Shown: positions 1 to 12,622 of the stretch, piece by piece | Layout of the letters: the number at the start of each line of letters is the position of its first letter | Position numbering within the stretch: position 1 is the stretch's first letter | NCBI RefSeq assembly: GCF_963921235.1 | Contig: NC_086109.1 | Location: forward strand, 24,616,001-24,680,000 | DNA length: 64,000 bases | Origin: Mobula hypostoma | Taxonomy: Eukaryota | Direction of reading: 5' to 3' | Made by a program: the position numbers and the translations under genes | The notes under the pieces: generated by a model | Databases searched by the model: none | Seen by the model: the letters and a program-made list of their open reading frames with translations, nothing else | Told to the model about the DNA's origin: nothing

Positions 1-277
1 CTTTGAAGGTGGTGGAAATTGTAGAGAATGATGTGCTAAATGCAGAGACTCTTGGGTGGTAGGTGAGAACAAGAGGAACTCTATTCCTGTTATGGTGGCA
101 GAAGATGGGGTGAGTACAGGTGTCCAGGAAATGGAGGAGATGCAGGTTAGGGCAGCATCAGTGGTGGAGGAAGGGAAACCCTGTTCTTTGAAGAAGGAGG
201 ATATCTCTGATGTCCTGGAAAGGAAAGCCTCATCCTGGGAACAGATACAGCGAAGACAAAGGAAATGAGAAAAGGGC
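1..277 (-). mobile_element. Degenerate Penelope-like element fragment (region C-terminal of RT)
   Basis: Similar to 27330-27650 of the young PLE (e.g. gtggtggaggaagggaa, aaagcctcatcctg, cagat). Confidence 0.75.
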
Positions 278-898
278 ATTCCCATTCTAACATGTCCGTC
301 CATGGCCTCTGGTGGAGGAACAGCACCTCATGTTCCATCTAGGTACCCCCCGATTTCTCCTTCCGGTAATTTTTCTTTCTCTTCTTCTTTCCTCTTCTTG
401 TGTTTCCCACTCTGCCCTCTTCTTCTCATTTGCCTATCACCTCCCCCGGTGCCCCTCCTTCTTCACACTGGTTGAGCACCCAAGTTGGTGCAGTCTTTCA
501 TTGATTCTATTATGGTTATCATCCTATTATGGATTTATTGAGTATAAATCTTGGGCTTGTATATGCTGACATACAGTATATATACTTCGATAATAAATTT
601 ACTCTGAACTTTAAACTTTGGTCCACTCTCCTCTCCTATCAGGTTCCTTCTTCTACAGCCCCATACCTTTCCCACCCCCCTGGCTTCACCTATCATCTCC
701 TAGCTAGTTATCCTTCCCCACCCGCCACTTTTTAATTCTGGCATCTTCACCCTTCCTTTCCACTCCTGAAGAAGGGTCTTGGCCCGAAACATTGACCGTT
801 CATTCACTTTCATAGATGCTGCCTGACCTGCTGAGCTCCTCCAGCATTGTCTGTGTGTGGCTCTGGATTACCAACAACTGCAGAATCTCTTGTGTTTA
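278..898 (+). mobile_element. PLE 3' end (end of GIY-YIG, 3' UTR, hammerhead), inverted relative to 1-277 and interrupted by a Rex1-type 3' tail at ~462-620
   Basis: ttcccattctaacatgtc..catggcctc and gaggaacagcacctc match 30350-30430; terminal gatgctgcctgacctgctgag...ctgcaga; gataataaatttactctgaacttt tail matches 58953-58980. Confidence 0.75.
761..798 (+). ncRNA. Degenerate minimal type I hammerhead ribozyme motif
   Basis: cactc-CTGAAGA-agggtcttggccc-GAAAC-att-gaccg. Confidence 0.6.
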
Positions 899-1824
899 CA
901 ATACTGAGAGTTTCTCTGCTCTTTATAAAGCTTTGGGAGAATGTAAGATACTTTCACAGTCACGGAAATTCTCCAAACCCCACTACAACTTTTAGCAGGA
1001 AGGAGATGGAATGCAGGGAAAACAGCATAAATACCATACATTTTCTATTTGTATAGTTTCCTTAGGAGTTCCTCTAATTTCTCAGTTCAGTCGTGGCATG
1101 GTCAGAGAAACCGCAGGCTAATGCAATGCATGAACACTCAAATATTTTCATTCTGATATTTTTTTACATTGTGCACACAATACTACACATAATTAGTTTA
1201 AAACATTCTGCTTATCAAGCCTTATACTACCATTAAATTTGATTATCTTGATGCATACCATTTCTGCAGATCAGTTCCCTAAGCCTTTAAAGCCATCCCT
1301 ACAAGAGCCATAACTCAATACATAGTGACACTAAATATTCAAAGAGGCCAAAGTCAAACAAAAAGAGATGCACAGATGTGAGAGTATAGTATTTATTTTG
1401 CATCTAACCCTTGCTTTATATGTCCTAAAGGCATTTGGGGCTATGCAGAAGAAGCTTACCCTATTACATACTTCAGGGTTGTTTGATGGTAGGGCACTGA
1501 GGAAATATTACTTATCAATGCTGCATCTGCCAAGAGACTATTCGCTTGGACAGTTCAGGGAGAACTTTGCTTTGTAGCTCAGTGCTGCTGTATGTCCTCT
1601 GACAGCATCTGAGGGAGTTTTACTCTGGATCAGTTTTATGCTGGTTCTGCCCTGGGAGAGTTTGATGGGAAGGGGGAGCGAGAGAGGGGGCAGGATGAGG
1701 CATTAGGGAGTGGGTGAGAAGGGAGCAGTGGATGGAGGGCAAAGGGAGGGGGCAGAGGATGGAATGGAGAGGGAGAAGGAGAGAAGGGTGAAGGGAAGAA
1801 GAAGAATGGGAAAAGACAGGAGGG

Positions 1825-1984
1825 CAAACACGAGGAAATCTGCAGATGCTGGAAATTCAAGCAACACACACAAAATGCTGGTGAATGCAGCAGGCCAGGC
1901 AGCATCTATAGGAAGAGGTACAGCTGACATTTCGGGCCGAGACCCTTCATCAGGACTAACTGAAAGAAGAGATAGTAAGAGGTT
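1825..1984 (-). mobile_element. 160-bp PLE 3'-terminal insertion with hammerhead (1921-1958) and 14-bp TSD
   Basis: aaaagacaggaggg at 1811-1824 and 1985-1998; insert matches 26399-26555. Confidence 0.9.
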
Positions 1985-2859
1985 AAAAGACAGGAGGGTA
2001 TCTATTCTGTAGCTTACTTGTGGCCTAGTTATCTCTGAAATCTTTGGAAGGACAGTATAAAGGAAATTTTACTCACTCTCTAAACCATGCTGTTGGAGAG
2101 AGTTTTACTCTGTATTAACCTATGGCAGTTGACTACAAAGTGTACAATTGTGACGCAGCCTGAACAGAATAGAAAGCATTCCATCTCCCTATGGTTACAT
2201 TTAACAAGATGGTTTTATATTTAGTTGCCTCTCTTTAAGTATAACAGCGTATAAGCTAAACTATTCTTGTTATGTTCCAGACCTATTTCAGCAGATCGAT
2301 GGTGCTGCACCTGAAGCTACCTCTCACTGTTTAACACCTTGCTAATGTTAATATGACTTAATTTCTCAGTCCTGCCCTGATATCTCTCCTGTCATTGCCT
2401 GTTTTTCGTTGCAATGCTACTCAGAACTACAGTGGGGGGTTTTTACTGTGTTCCATGACTCTCTTTTATTGAGTGTTGGAACTTCCTTTCCTAAACAAAA
2501 GTGTGAAACTGAGCCCAGCTTCTGCAAAACTTCAAGCCTTGCTTTCCGTTGGGATCATATCTATGACACAGAGAACCTCCAGCTGAATAACTTGTTGAGC
2601 AAGTTCTGCTCTGATCACAATCAGAGATACAGCAGGTAAATGGTTCTTTGAATGGCCTCGCTGTGCTGGGTTAAAGAACGCACCCAGCCCTGGATATCTC
2701 ATTGTTCCCTTCCAACCGGTTTCTAAGTTGAAAACATGTGGTGAAGTTTGATTTGCAACAAAGTATTCAGGGTTCAAAAGAGACAGTGAGGGGGAGTAAG
2801 GTGTTTTCTGAAGGTTGTTAGTAGTCAGAAGTGAGGCACTGGGCTGATGGTTTAATAAC

Positions 2860-3860
2860 TCACACCACTCCCGTCTGCGTCACTAGATTCTGCTCTAACT
2901 CCATCTCCAAGTTGCAGATGATGCCACTGTAGTGGGCCACATATCAAATTGCAGTGAATTGGAGTACAGGAAGGAGAAAGAGATCCTGGTGACACAGAGT
3001 TATGACAACAACCATTCCCTCAATATCGACAAAAAAATAGCTGGTCATGAACTTTAACAAGAGGGTGGTGCATATGTTCCTGTTTACATCAATGTTACAG
3101 AGAGTCTCAGGTTGCTAGGGGTGAACACTACCGATAGCCAGTCCTGCTCCAAACTATGTTAACACCATTGATGCCACAGAAAAGAAGCTCATCAGAAGGA
3201 TAAAGAACTTTGGCACATGCCCTTTGGCTCTCACCAATTATTACTGATGTAGCATAGACAACATCCTATCCAATTGCATCACGGCTTGGCACGACAACTG
3301 CTTTGTCCATGACTAGAAAAAACTGCAGGGAGTGTGGGTACAGCTTGCTACATCACGGAAGCCAACCTTCCCTCCAAGAAGGCTATCTACACTTCTCACT
3401 GCCTCAGTAAAACAGCCAGCATTATGAAAAGCCCAAAGCACCCCGGACATTCTCTTTTCCACCTACCATCCCGGCAGATGATACTAAGGCCAGAAAGCAT
3501 ATACCACCTGTCACAAGGACAGCTTCTGTCTCATTGATATAAGTTTATTGAGTGGTTCCCCAGTACAATAAGATGGGTTCTTGACCTCACCCTACCTCAT
3601 TATGACCTCGTACCTTATTGTCAGCTTTCACTCCTCTTTCTCTATAACTGCAACACTTTATTCTGTCAACATACATCAAAGTTGCTGGTGAACGCAGCAG
3701 GCCAAGCAGCATCTATAGGAAAAGGCGCAGTCGACGTTTCAGGCCGAGACCCTTTATTCTGTACTTCTTTCCCTGGGACTACCTCAATGCGCCGTTGCAA
3801 AGAATTGATCGGCATGAACAGTGTGCAAGATGTTCACATCACCTCAGTATACGTGACTCC
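2860..3860 (+). mobile_element. Degenerate Rex1/Babar-type LINE 3' portion
   Basis: ctccaagttgcagatgatgccactgtagtgggc (decayed KFADDTTVVG), KHPGHSLFH motif, 3' UTR similar to 40500-40700 reversed. Confidence 0.75.
3667..3751 (-). mobile_element. 85-bp PLE terminal fragment with 11-bp TSD, truncated inside the hammerhead
   Basis: ctttattctgt at 3656-3666 and 3752-3762; insert nearly identical to 26436-26521. Confidence 0.9.
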
Positions 3861-4019
3861 AGGCTGCCACAATGGTAAATACCCCATTCGCTCTCTGCCC
3901 CCTCCCGCCCCATCCTCAGTGCCTCAGGCATTTTCAGCCCTCGCCCTGTGGCGACCCACGATCGGCACTGGAGTTGGGAATGTAGTTAAGTGTCGTCTCC
4001 CTGCCAGCAACCCCAGCAC

Positions 4020-4405
4020 TGATTATGCTCAGCCAGCTCCAAAGGGCAGGCCATGACCTTGACAGAATCCACTATGAACTCTATCACACCTTCAGGTTAG
4101 AAAATGGACGTCAAAGCGATGCAAGGGTTGGAAAAGTGCTCCACTCCCACTGACTCATCGCAATCCCCGGCCATCTGGATGACATTAAGATTTACGAGTC
4201 CCTTTTTTGGGAGCACTTATAAGCCCAATATAAATAGTGGTAGGAGCGCAGCAGGTCTTGAACTGCTCACCCCACTCATCCCCTCAGGCACATCCAGCCC
4301 TACTGGTAGCGGAGATTCCAGATTCCACATTGGCTTCATAACCCACCTCAGAATTCACAGTACTGAAGGAGAAGCTGGTTCTTGGAAGTTGCAGTACCCT
4401 TAGGA
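4020..4405 (+). mobile_element. Old RTE-clade (BovB-like) LINE 3' fragment
   Basis: Translated HIGFITHLRIH resembles the C-terminal SRIGLISHLRTH-type motif of RTE ORFs. Confidence 0.5.
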
Positions 4406-4864
4406 GAAGCAGTTTTGGCTGTGCATCATAAAGATGCTGTAATTGGAAAGTCCCATTCAATATGAACACCAACAATGGATATAATATTAACCTAACCTCC
4501 TGCTGGACATTGGACATGATTGTGCTACCTGCACCCAATTTTACTTTCTTTTGATATCATGATGAATCAAGGACCTACCACATCCTACTGGAAGCTTCCC
4601 TGACTTTCATTTCGGAAATGATCCCTGCAATTCCTCATTGGAGACACCACACTTAAAAACTCAAAACTCCAGATAAAGTAGTTTTTTTCTAGTGAGGGTC
4701 TCCATTCTGTACCTCCAAACAGTGCTGAGCAGACCATCGTGACATACTTTGTGAGGGCAAACAATTTATTTCTGTATTATTGCACTGGGCAGGCATTGCC
4801 ATTCAAGGAAGGGAAACTACAATTAAGACACCTTGGACTGGCTTTTCTTTTTCTTTCTTTATTT

Positions 4865-5064
4865 TGCGATACAGCGCGGAATAGGCCCTTCTAGACCCTT
4901 GAGCTGTGCTGCCCAGCAACACCCAAATAAACCCTAGCACAATCATGGGACAATTTACAATGACCAATTCACCTGACAACAGATACACCTGTGGAGTGTG
5001 GGAGGAAACCAGAGAACCCGGAGGAAACCCACATGTTCATGGGGAAAATGTACAAACTCATTAC
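4865..5064 (-). mobile_element. V-SINE-like tRNA-derived SINE (partial)
   Basis: tgtgggaggaaaccagagaacccggaggaaacccac is the reverse complement of the V-SINE central domain. Confidence 0.75.
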
Positions 5065-5472
5065 AGACTCTGTTCATATTGAATTATCTCTCTCTCCCCA
5101 TCCCTCTTACTCTCTCTGTGAGTGAGGCATTTTATGGGACATATTCACTATTGTGATACAAGAAGGGTGGAGACATACTGTAACCCAACAACACAAAGAT
5201 TTATGAAGAAATTTTTTATTTCTCTAATACACTGTAGGTTGAGGGACAAATTTTGACCACACCACTGATACCTTCCCTGCTCTTCCGCTGGACTGCCGGA
5301 CGATCCTTGATGTCTACTTGAGAGAAGTCTGAGTTGAGGACTTCATCTGATATCTCTCAAGTAGACATCAAGACTCTGTTCATATTGAATTATCTCTCTC
5401 TCTCCACCCCTCTTACTCTCTCTGTCAGTGAAGCATTTTATAGGACATACTCACTATTGTGATACAAGAAGG
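5065..5472 (+). repeat. ~102-bp direct repeat (5065-5166 / 5371-5472) with a 20-bp perfect inverted repeat (5306-5325 / 5353-5372) at the second junction
   Basis: agactctgttcatattgaattatctctc...gatacaagaagg occurs twice; cttgatgtctacttgagaga / tctctcaagtagacatcaag. Confidence 0.9.
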
Positions 5473-6439
5473 TTGCTGCAAGTATTGACCTGGATTTTGT
5501 GCTCAGTTGTTTGCAATGTGACTTGAGGCCAGAACCTTCTAATGCAGGGTAATCCACTGAGCTATGGCTGTCACAGAGAGGAAAAATGAGCTTCTTCCTT
5601 CCCAAGTCTCTTAGCGAGAAGGGTAATAAAACACAACAAATATAAAGACAATATCGTTATTCAGGAATTTCTTATTTCTGTTAAGCACTGGGGAGAGAAA
5701 TCCAGCAGAGAGAACACAACTTTTCTTGACAAGCTGGTCATTTTCTTCATATGTTTTTTCAACTTAAAACGTTGCACTTGCATTTTCACTAAAATACCTT
5801 TAGAAAAAGGAAAGAAAAACACAAACAGGAAGAAAAGGAAATAATGTTTAAAAGGTACCAGACTGTGGCTTTTCCACAGGTACAATATACACCAGAAAAA
5901 AGGTCTCTAAAACCTATATGGGCCCGATCCAAAAATGTATAAAAGAGCTTTCTATAAGACATCTGGATGGAGGCAGAACAAAAAAAAACAGTTATTACTT
6001 TCAACATCATTAATGAAAAAATGCAGTAAATTACTTCTGTTTTTCCTGATTCCACCCGGTCCCAGAGTTTCCAGGGGCTGTGTTTATTGAAACATAATCA
6101 CAGACATTTATAATGCTGGCAGTGACTGCCAAGGGGAGATAATCCAGTATGCACAAAGGCCAGAAAGAATTTCAGAATATCTGTCTCAAAGCAGGGCAAA
6201 GGCTTTCACCTGCTCCCTTCAATATTTGCCTCTCATAGACCTAGAGCCATCAATCTCCACTTGGAGGGAGAGGAACTTCTTCAGTCTCAATTGTTATTGC
6301 ATTAACATCCAGCAAAAGCCAAATAATGAAACCAACCCACTTCCCCTCACTTGACTAACTGAATCATTGAAACCTACTGAACAGAAAGAACATGCTCTTC
6401 CTCAGGCTCGCTCTGGAGTCATAGTTTTGAACCTATGGA

Positions 6440-6701
6440 TCAAAGAGTCACTGATACAAGCCCTTCAGCCCATTGAGCACATGCCAGCAAGTTCTAATCC
6501 AACTTTATTCTTCCCCACATTCCCATCAATTTCCTCCTGATTTACAGTAGCTAATTAACCTGCCAATCCACACGTCTTTGGGATGTGGGATGAATTTGTA
6601 TCACCTAGGGGACACCCATGCAAACACAGGTGAAGTATGTAAGTTCTCACATATAGCATGAAGCTCAGGTCAGGTCCAAACCTGAGCTGATGGAGCAGTG
6701 A
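6440..6701 (-). mobile_element. Old V-SINE-like SINE, split by the Harbinger element (resumes ~7413-7445)
   Basis: cacacgtctttgggatgtggga...acccatgcaaacacagg. Confidence 0.6.
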
Positions 6702-7412
6702 AGGCTGATTTATACTTGTGCGTACTAGCTTACGCTGTAGCCTATGCAAGTGGGCTACGCCATTGTGAGCATTTATACTTGTGCGTTGGTGTGTCTGCAT
6801 CACTCTGCAATTCACCGCCAAAACGTTAGTTGGCGGTGGGGTTTCTATGCCACTGTGTTGAGACAAACTTCAAACAATGGTGACTGAAGCTGAAGGAGAG
6901 TGAATTTTCTGTGCTTGTCCGGCCACTGAGAGACATGGACGAGGAAATGCATTTCAAATATTTTCGGATGTTGGCAGGTAGATTTGATGATTTGGTTCAT
7001 CGTCTCCAACCATTTATTTCGCATCAGAGTACGCACGGTATACTCAGAGACTGGCAATCACCGTTCGAGTTTTAGCTTCAGGTGGAAGTCAACAGGCTGT
7101 AGCAGCTAGCTACAAACTGCCGTCAAGCACAAGGTCCTCCATAATTTCGGAGGTCTGTAAAGCTTTATGGAAAGCATTGCAGCCAGAGTTCCTTCCCTGC
7201 CCTTCAGTCACCTAATGGGAAGCTATTGCAGTGTAGGAGGAAATGCGATGCTACCAAGTGGACCAATCATAGTTGTTGCAGTCTGCGTCGCCGCGACGCG
7301 GAGTTAGATTTTTGGGGAGGTGCGTGTCAGGCTACGGTGTAGGGTACGATGTAGGGTACGTGGTTACGCTGTACCTACGGCGTTGATTTGACATACAAGT
7401 ATAAATTGGCCT
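6702..7412 (+). mobile_element. PIF/Harbinger non-autonomous deletion derivative
   Basis: TIRs aggctgatttatacttgtgcgt / acatacaagtataaattggcct; 3-bp flanks tga/taa (TWA-type TSD); internal HFKYFRM..RFDDLV and [43 protein letters not shown] match the Harbinger transposase N-terminal HTH region. Confidence 0.85.
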
Positions 7413-7906
7413 TAAGGAGGTAGCTTTACTAGTTGAGAACTGTGTAATCCAAAATAATTGCCTAGTGTTATCCCAAAGCTCAGCCATTCCACTATATTTC
7501 GAACAATTAAGCTTGCATCAAGTACGTATCAGGTTATGTCTTGGAAGTTCCTAATCCACCACACACTCAGATTTAACACAACAAAAATTGCTCAAGATGG
7601 AGCAGTTCAGGCAACATCTGCAGAAAGAGGAACAGAGTAAATATTTCAGATTGATGATCTTTCAGTAGAAATCTGACTTTCTGTCTCCACAGATGCTGCA
7701 TGACCTGCTGAGTACTTTCTGAGCCTGATTTGAAATTCTCAGCATAAAGGAGTTATTTTTCTTTCTTTCTTTTGTGTTGTTGGCTTTGGATCTTCTGCCT
7801 CAATACATTTCTCTACATCTCCATTTGAGTTTTTCTTCCTTAATTGTCAGAAATTTTTAACCCCAGGTACTGACTAAAAGCAGTTTCACTTGTTTGGTTT
7901 TAAATA

Positions 7907-9716
7907 TTCAAAGTTCAAAGTAAATTTTATTATCGAAGTCACCATATACAACCCTGAGATTCATTTTCCAGAGGAATTCCAGGAACGATGAAAGATCAAC
8001 CAGAGTGCAGAAGACAACAAACTGTGCAAATGGAAATATAAATAAATAGCAATAAATAACGAAAACATGAGATGAGATAAAGAGTCCTTAAAGTGAGATC
8101 ATTGGTTGTAGGAACATTTCAGTGATAGTGCAAGTGAGTATAGTTATCCCCTTCTATTCAAGAGCCTAATGGTGAGGGGTAGAACTGTTCTTGAACCTGG
8201 TGGTGCAAGTCCTGAAGCTCTTGTATCGTCTACCTGATGGCAGCAGTGAGAAGAGTGTACGACTTGGTTGAGGGGGATCTTGGATGATGGATTTTGCTTT
8301 CCTCTGACAGCATCTAACGTAGATGAGCTCAATGGTTAGGAGGGTTTCACCCATGATGTACTAGGCCGTATCCACTACATTTTTCAGGATTTTCCGTACA
8401 AAGACATTGGTGTTTCCATACCAGTCTATGATGCAGACAGTCAATATAGTCTCCACTAGACATCTATAGAAGCTTGTCAAAGTTTTAGATGTCATGCTGA
8501 ATCTCCGTAGATTCTGAAGGAAGTAAAGGTGCTGCCATGCTTTCTTTGCAATTGCACGTACCTGCTCAGTCCAGGTCAGGTCCTCTGAGATAGTAACACC
8601 CAGGAATTCAAAGTTGCTAACCTCTCCACCTCTGATCTTCCGATGAGTGCTGGCTCACGGTCATCTGGTTTCCTTCTCCCGAAGTCAATGATCAGCTCCT
8701 TGCTCTTGCTGACATTGAGTTGGAGGTCCTTGTTATGACACCACTCAGCCAAAGTTTCAATCTCCCTCTTGTATGCTGATTCATCACACACAACATTGAT
8801 GTCATCAACAAACTTGCACTAGAGCTCTGCTCAGCCACACAGTCATAGGTGTGAAGCAGGTTAAGTGGGGAAAGCACACATCCCTGTGGTACACCTGTGC
8901 TGATGGAGATCATGGAGGAGATTTTGTTGCCAACCCAAACTGACTGGGGCCTGCATGTGAGGAAACCGAGGATCCAATTGCACAAGGAGTCATAGTGGCC
9001 AAGGCTTTGAAGCTTATTGATTAGTTTTGAGGGGATAATGGCATTGAATGCTGAGCTATAGCCAATAAAATCCATATCTTGATGTATGCATCTTTGCTGT
9101 CCAGACGTTCCAGGATTGAGTGAAGAGCAAATAAAATGACATCTGCTGTGGACCTGTTGCTCCAAGAGGCAAAATGGAGTGGATCCAAGTCACTACTCAG
9201 ACAGGAGCTGATATGTTTCTTCACCAACCTCTCAAAACGCCTCATCACTATGGATGTAAGTGCAACTGGGCGATAGTCAATGAGGCAGGTTACCACATTG
9301 TTCTTAGGCACTGGTATAGTTAAAGCAGGTGGGTACCACACACTACTGTAGTGAGAGTTTGAAGATCTCAGTATACACACCAGCCAGTTCGTCAGCTCAA
9401 GTCTTCAGTACATGGCTAGGTACCCTGTCTTGTCCAGATGTTTTCCATGGATCTACCCTCCTGAAGGCAGCCCGCATGTTTGGAGATTGAAGTCATAGGC
9501 TCATTGGGGGTTTATTGGCTCGCGATGGTTTCTCCACGCTTCGACAGTCATAACTAGCACAGAAAGCACTGAGTCATCAGGAGACGAAAACCGTGTTGGT
9601 TGACTTAACTTTGTAGGAGGTGTCGGCATTCAAGCCCTGCCACAGCTGTCGAGCATCCCTTCGCTGGTTCAGGTTTGGTCTGGAATTTCCACTCTGCCCC
9701 GGAGATGGCTTCCACA
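7907..9716 (-). mobile_element. Rex1/Babar-type LINE, 5'-truncated, frameshifted RT
   Basis: [56 protein letters not shown]; (tttgaac)n tail. Confidence 0.85.
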
Positions 9717-9954
9717 GAAATCTGAAAGACACATCTCTTTGATCTCAACTGTTACTTTCCTGCTCCAAGAAACACATTCCTTGTTTCTCCAGCCTCTCCA
9801 CATAAATGGAGTATTACATTCCTGGTTTCTCTCTAGTGTATTTCCTCATTGTGTTTTCCTTGCTATTCTTTCCACAAAATTATGTTAATTGTCATTTCAT
9901 TTGTCCAATCTATGATTTCTAAAAGTTCCACTAACTTCCTTGAAAGTTTCTTAA

Positions 9955-10210
9955 GGGTGGCACACTAGTGTAGCCGTTAGTGTGACACTATTACAGCACT
10001 AGTGACACAGGGTTCAATTCCACCTCTGTCTGAAAGGAGCTTGTACATTCTCCCTGTGACCACATGGGTTTCTTCCAGGTGCTCTGGTTTACTCCCACAT
10101 TTCAAAGATTTATGAATTAGTAGGTTAATCGGTCACACGTGTCTAATTGTGCAGCGCATGCTCTTTGGCCTGGAAAAGCCTGTTACTGCACTGTAGTTCT
10201 AAATAAAACT
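9955..10210 (+). mobile_element. V-SINE-like tRNA-derived SINE
   Basis: A-box-like tagtgtagccgtta, B-box gggttcaattcc, V domain tgtacattctccctgtgaccacatgggtttc. Confidence 0.8.
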
Positions 10211-11478
10211 AAATTAACTAAATTTTTCAACTTGCTCAGCCACCTTCAATAAATGGCAGATAGGCAACTCCACACTCACTCCTCCTGCAAACACCAACTG
10301 TACTCTGAAAAGATGAAATTCAGATGACAGGAAAGTAAAAGTAAAAGCTAAGATACTGTAAATTAGAACATGCCAGCAATCCTCAGCAGGTCAGACAACT
10401 GTTGTTGAGAGAGAAAAACAGAATTAACATTGTGTCCTTAACCTGAAAATTTAACTTTTTTTATTCTCTTCCCATTGATAGATACTGCTTTACCTGCAGA
10501 GGGATTTTCTCCATGTTGATTTAACACTGCCACCCCCATCTATAATGTTCCACAAGAAGTGCATCACATTATAGTTAATATAATTAAAATTCATTTGCCA
10601 ATACTGAAGTCTGCTGTTATCCTTCACCTTGGTACTTCCAAATATTACCCTCCTCTATTAATCTATTAATCTATAACTTAATTGTTTCTTAATCAATGGT
10701 CAAACAGTATTTGAATTGCCACAAAATGATAGTCACAAAGACCTTGGAAATCTTTTCAGAGTAAGCAAGATGTTGTGGTCCCAGAGGTGAAATAAGTTCA
10801 GAGGGAAATTGGGACAGATTCTGAGAATGGAAGTGTAAACACCCAATGTAAAATTTGTAAACATAGCTTTGCTTCCAACAATAATGCAGAATTTTGTGGA
10901 AACTGGCACATTTATAAACACATTTCAGATTGCTGGGCTGGAAGCAACAGGATGAATAGCTCAAACAAATCCTTTAAATGCACTTCCAATTACGGAACTG
11001 TGTTTCTCCAAGTGTATCAAAGACATTGTGAGGCTTCACTGGTGTCCTAGCACAACAGGCTCATTGTATAGAGCAATATTAATCTAATGTAAGAAAAGAT
11101 AAAGCTGAAACCACACAAGAAGTCAGGCAGCATCTGCAGAAAGAGAAATAGAGTCAATCCTTCAGCCTAAAGATCCTTCTGTTGAAAGAAAAAGTGAGAA
11201 AACAAGTAATTTTAAATTGAAGAGAGGAAGGGAAAAGGATGAAGAATACAAAGGGAAAGTCTTTGATGGGCTGACAATCAAAGTCAATCATCTGTCTAGA
11301 TTTAAGGTAACTTAAATCTGTGTTATTATGTATACATAATAACAAACTGCAGTTCCCAGTAGGCAATGTGGGTGGTTCACACAGGACCGGAAGTGATATT
11401 AGAGAATGGGTCGCACACATTTGTGTCGGGCTGAAGCTATTCTCTATATAAATATATTCTAGTTTTATCCAGGCTAAG

Positions 11479-12472
11479 CTTGTCCTCACCTACCACCCCA
11501 CCAGCCTCCGGGTCCAACATATTATTCTCCGTAACTTCTTCCACCTCCAACGGGATCCCACCACAAAGCACATCTTTCCCTCCCCCCCCCTGCTTTCCGC
11601 AGGGATCGCTCCCTACGCAACTCCCTTGTCCATTCGTCCTCTCCATCCCTCCCCACCGATCTCCCTCCTGGCACTTATCCTTGTAAGCGGAACAAGCCCT
11701 TACACTTCCTCCCTTACCACTATTCAGAGCCCCAGACAGTCCTTCCAGGTGAGGCGACATTTCACCTATGAGTCGGCTGGGGTGATACACTGTGTCCAGT
11801 GCTCCCGATGAGACCTTCTATATATTGGCGAGACCCGACGCAGACTGGGAGATCGTTTCGCTGAACACCTACGCTCTGTCCACCAGAGAAAGCAGAATCT
11901 CCCAGTGGCCACACATTTTAATTCCCCATCCCATTCCCATTCTGATATGTCTATCCATGGCCTCCCCTACTGTCAAGATGAAGCCACACTCAGGTTGGAG
12001 GAACAACAACTTATATTCCATCTGGGTAGCCTTCAACCTGATGGCATGAACATTGACTTCTCAAACTTCCGCTAATGCCCCACCTCCCCCTCGTACCCCA
12101 TCCGTTATTTATTTATATACACACATTCTTTTTCTCTCTCTCCTTTTTCTCCCTCTGTCCCTCTCACTATACCCCTTGCCCATCCTCTGGGTTCCCCCCC
12201 CAACTTTTCTTTCTCCCTAGGCCTCCTGTCCCATGATCCTCTCATATCCCTTTTGCCAATCACCTGTCCAGCTCTTGGCTCCATCCCTCTCCCTCCTGTC
12301 TTTTCCTATCATTTTGGATCTCCCCCTCCCCCTCCCACTTTCAAATCTCTTACTAGCTCTTTTTTCAGTTAGTCCTGACGAAGGGTCTCAGCCCGAAACA
12401 TTGACTGTACCTCTTCCTAGAGATGCTGCCTGGCCTGCTGCTTTCACCAGCAACTTTTGTGTGTGTTGCTTG
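11479..12472 (+). mobile_element. 5'-truncated PLE (GIY-YIG region, 3' UTR, hammerhead 12370-12407) inserted in the Gypsy 5' LTR
   Basis: High similarity to 29886-30880; flanks taagcttg (11475-11482) / taagtttg (12473-12480); the 3' LTR has an uninterrupted ctaagtttgcc. Confidence 0.9.
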
Positions 12473-12622
12473 TAAGTTTGGCTTTTATCAAGAGCAAAAC
12501 ATAACATGGCGTTAAAAGTCAGCGTGAGAACTAAACGCGGAGAATAAAGGTACAACGAACAATTAAGAAAGAGATGTTAAGTCTGGACAGAGAGAAGCTG
12601 CCTGTTAGAAAGCATGTTGTGT

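Noticed and set aside
1660..1824. Purine-rich tract with a 100-aa ORF (1710-2012)
   Set aside because: Low-complexity sequence plus antisense PLE terminus
2409..2639. ORF ending at cag|gtaaat, a possible exon
   Set aside because: No clear acceptor and no recognisable protein similarity
9955..10030. tRNA-like A/B boxes
   Set aside because: They are SINE heads followed by the V domain, not tRNA genes; the same applies at 46578, 52125 and 56413
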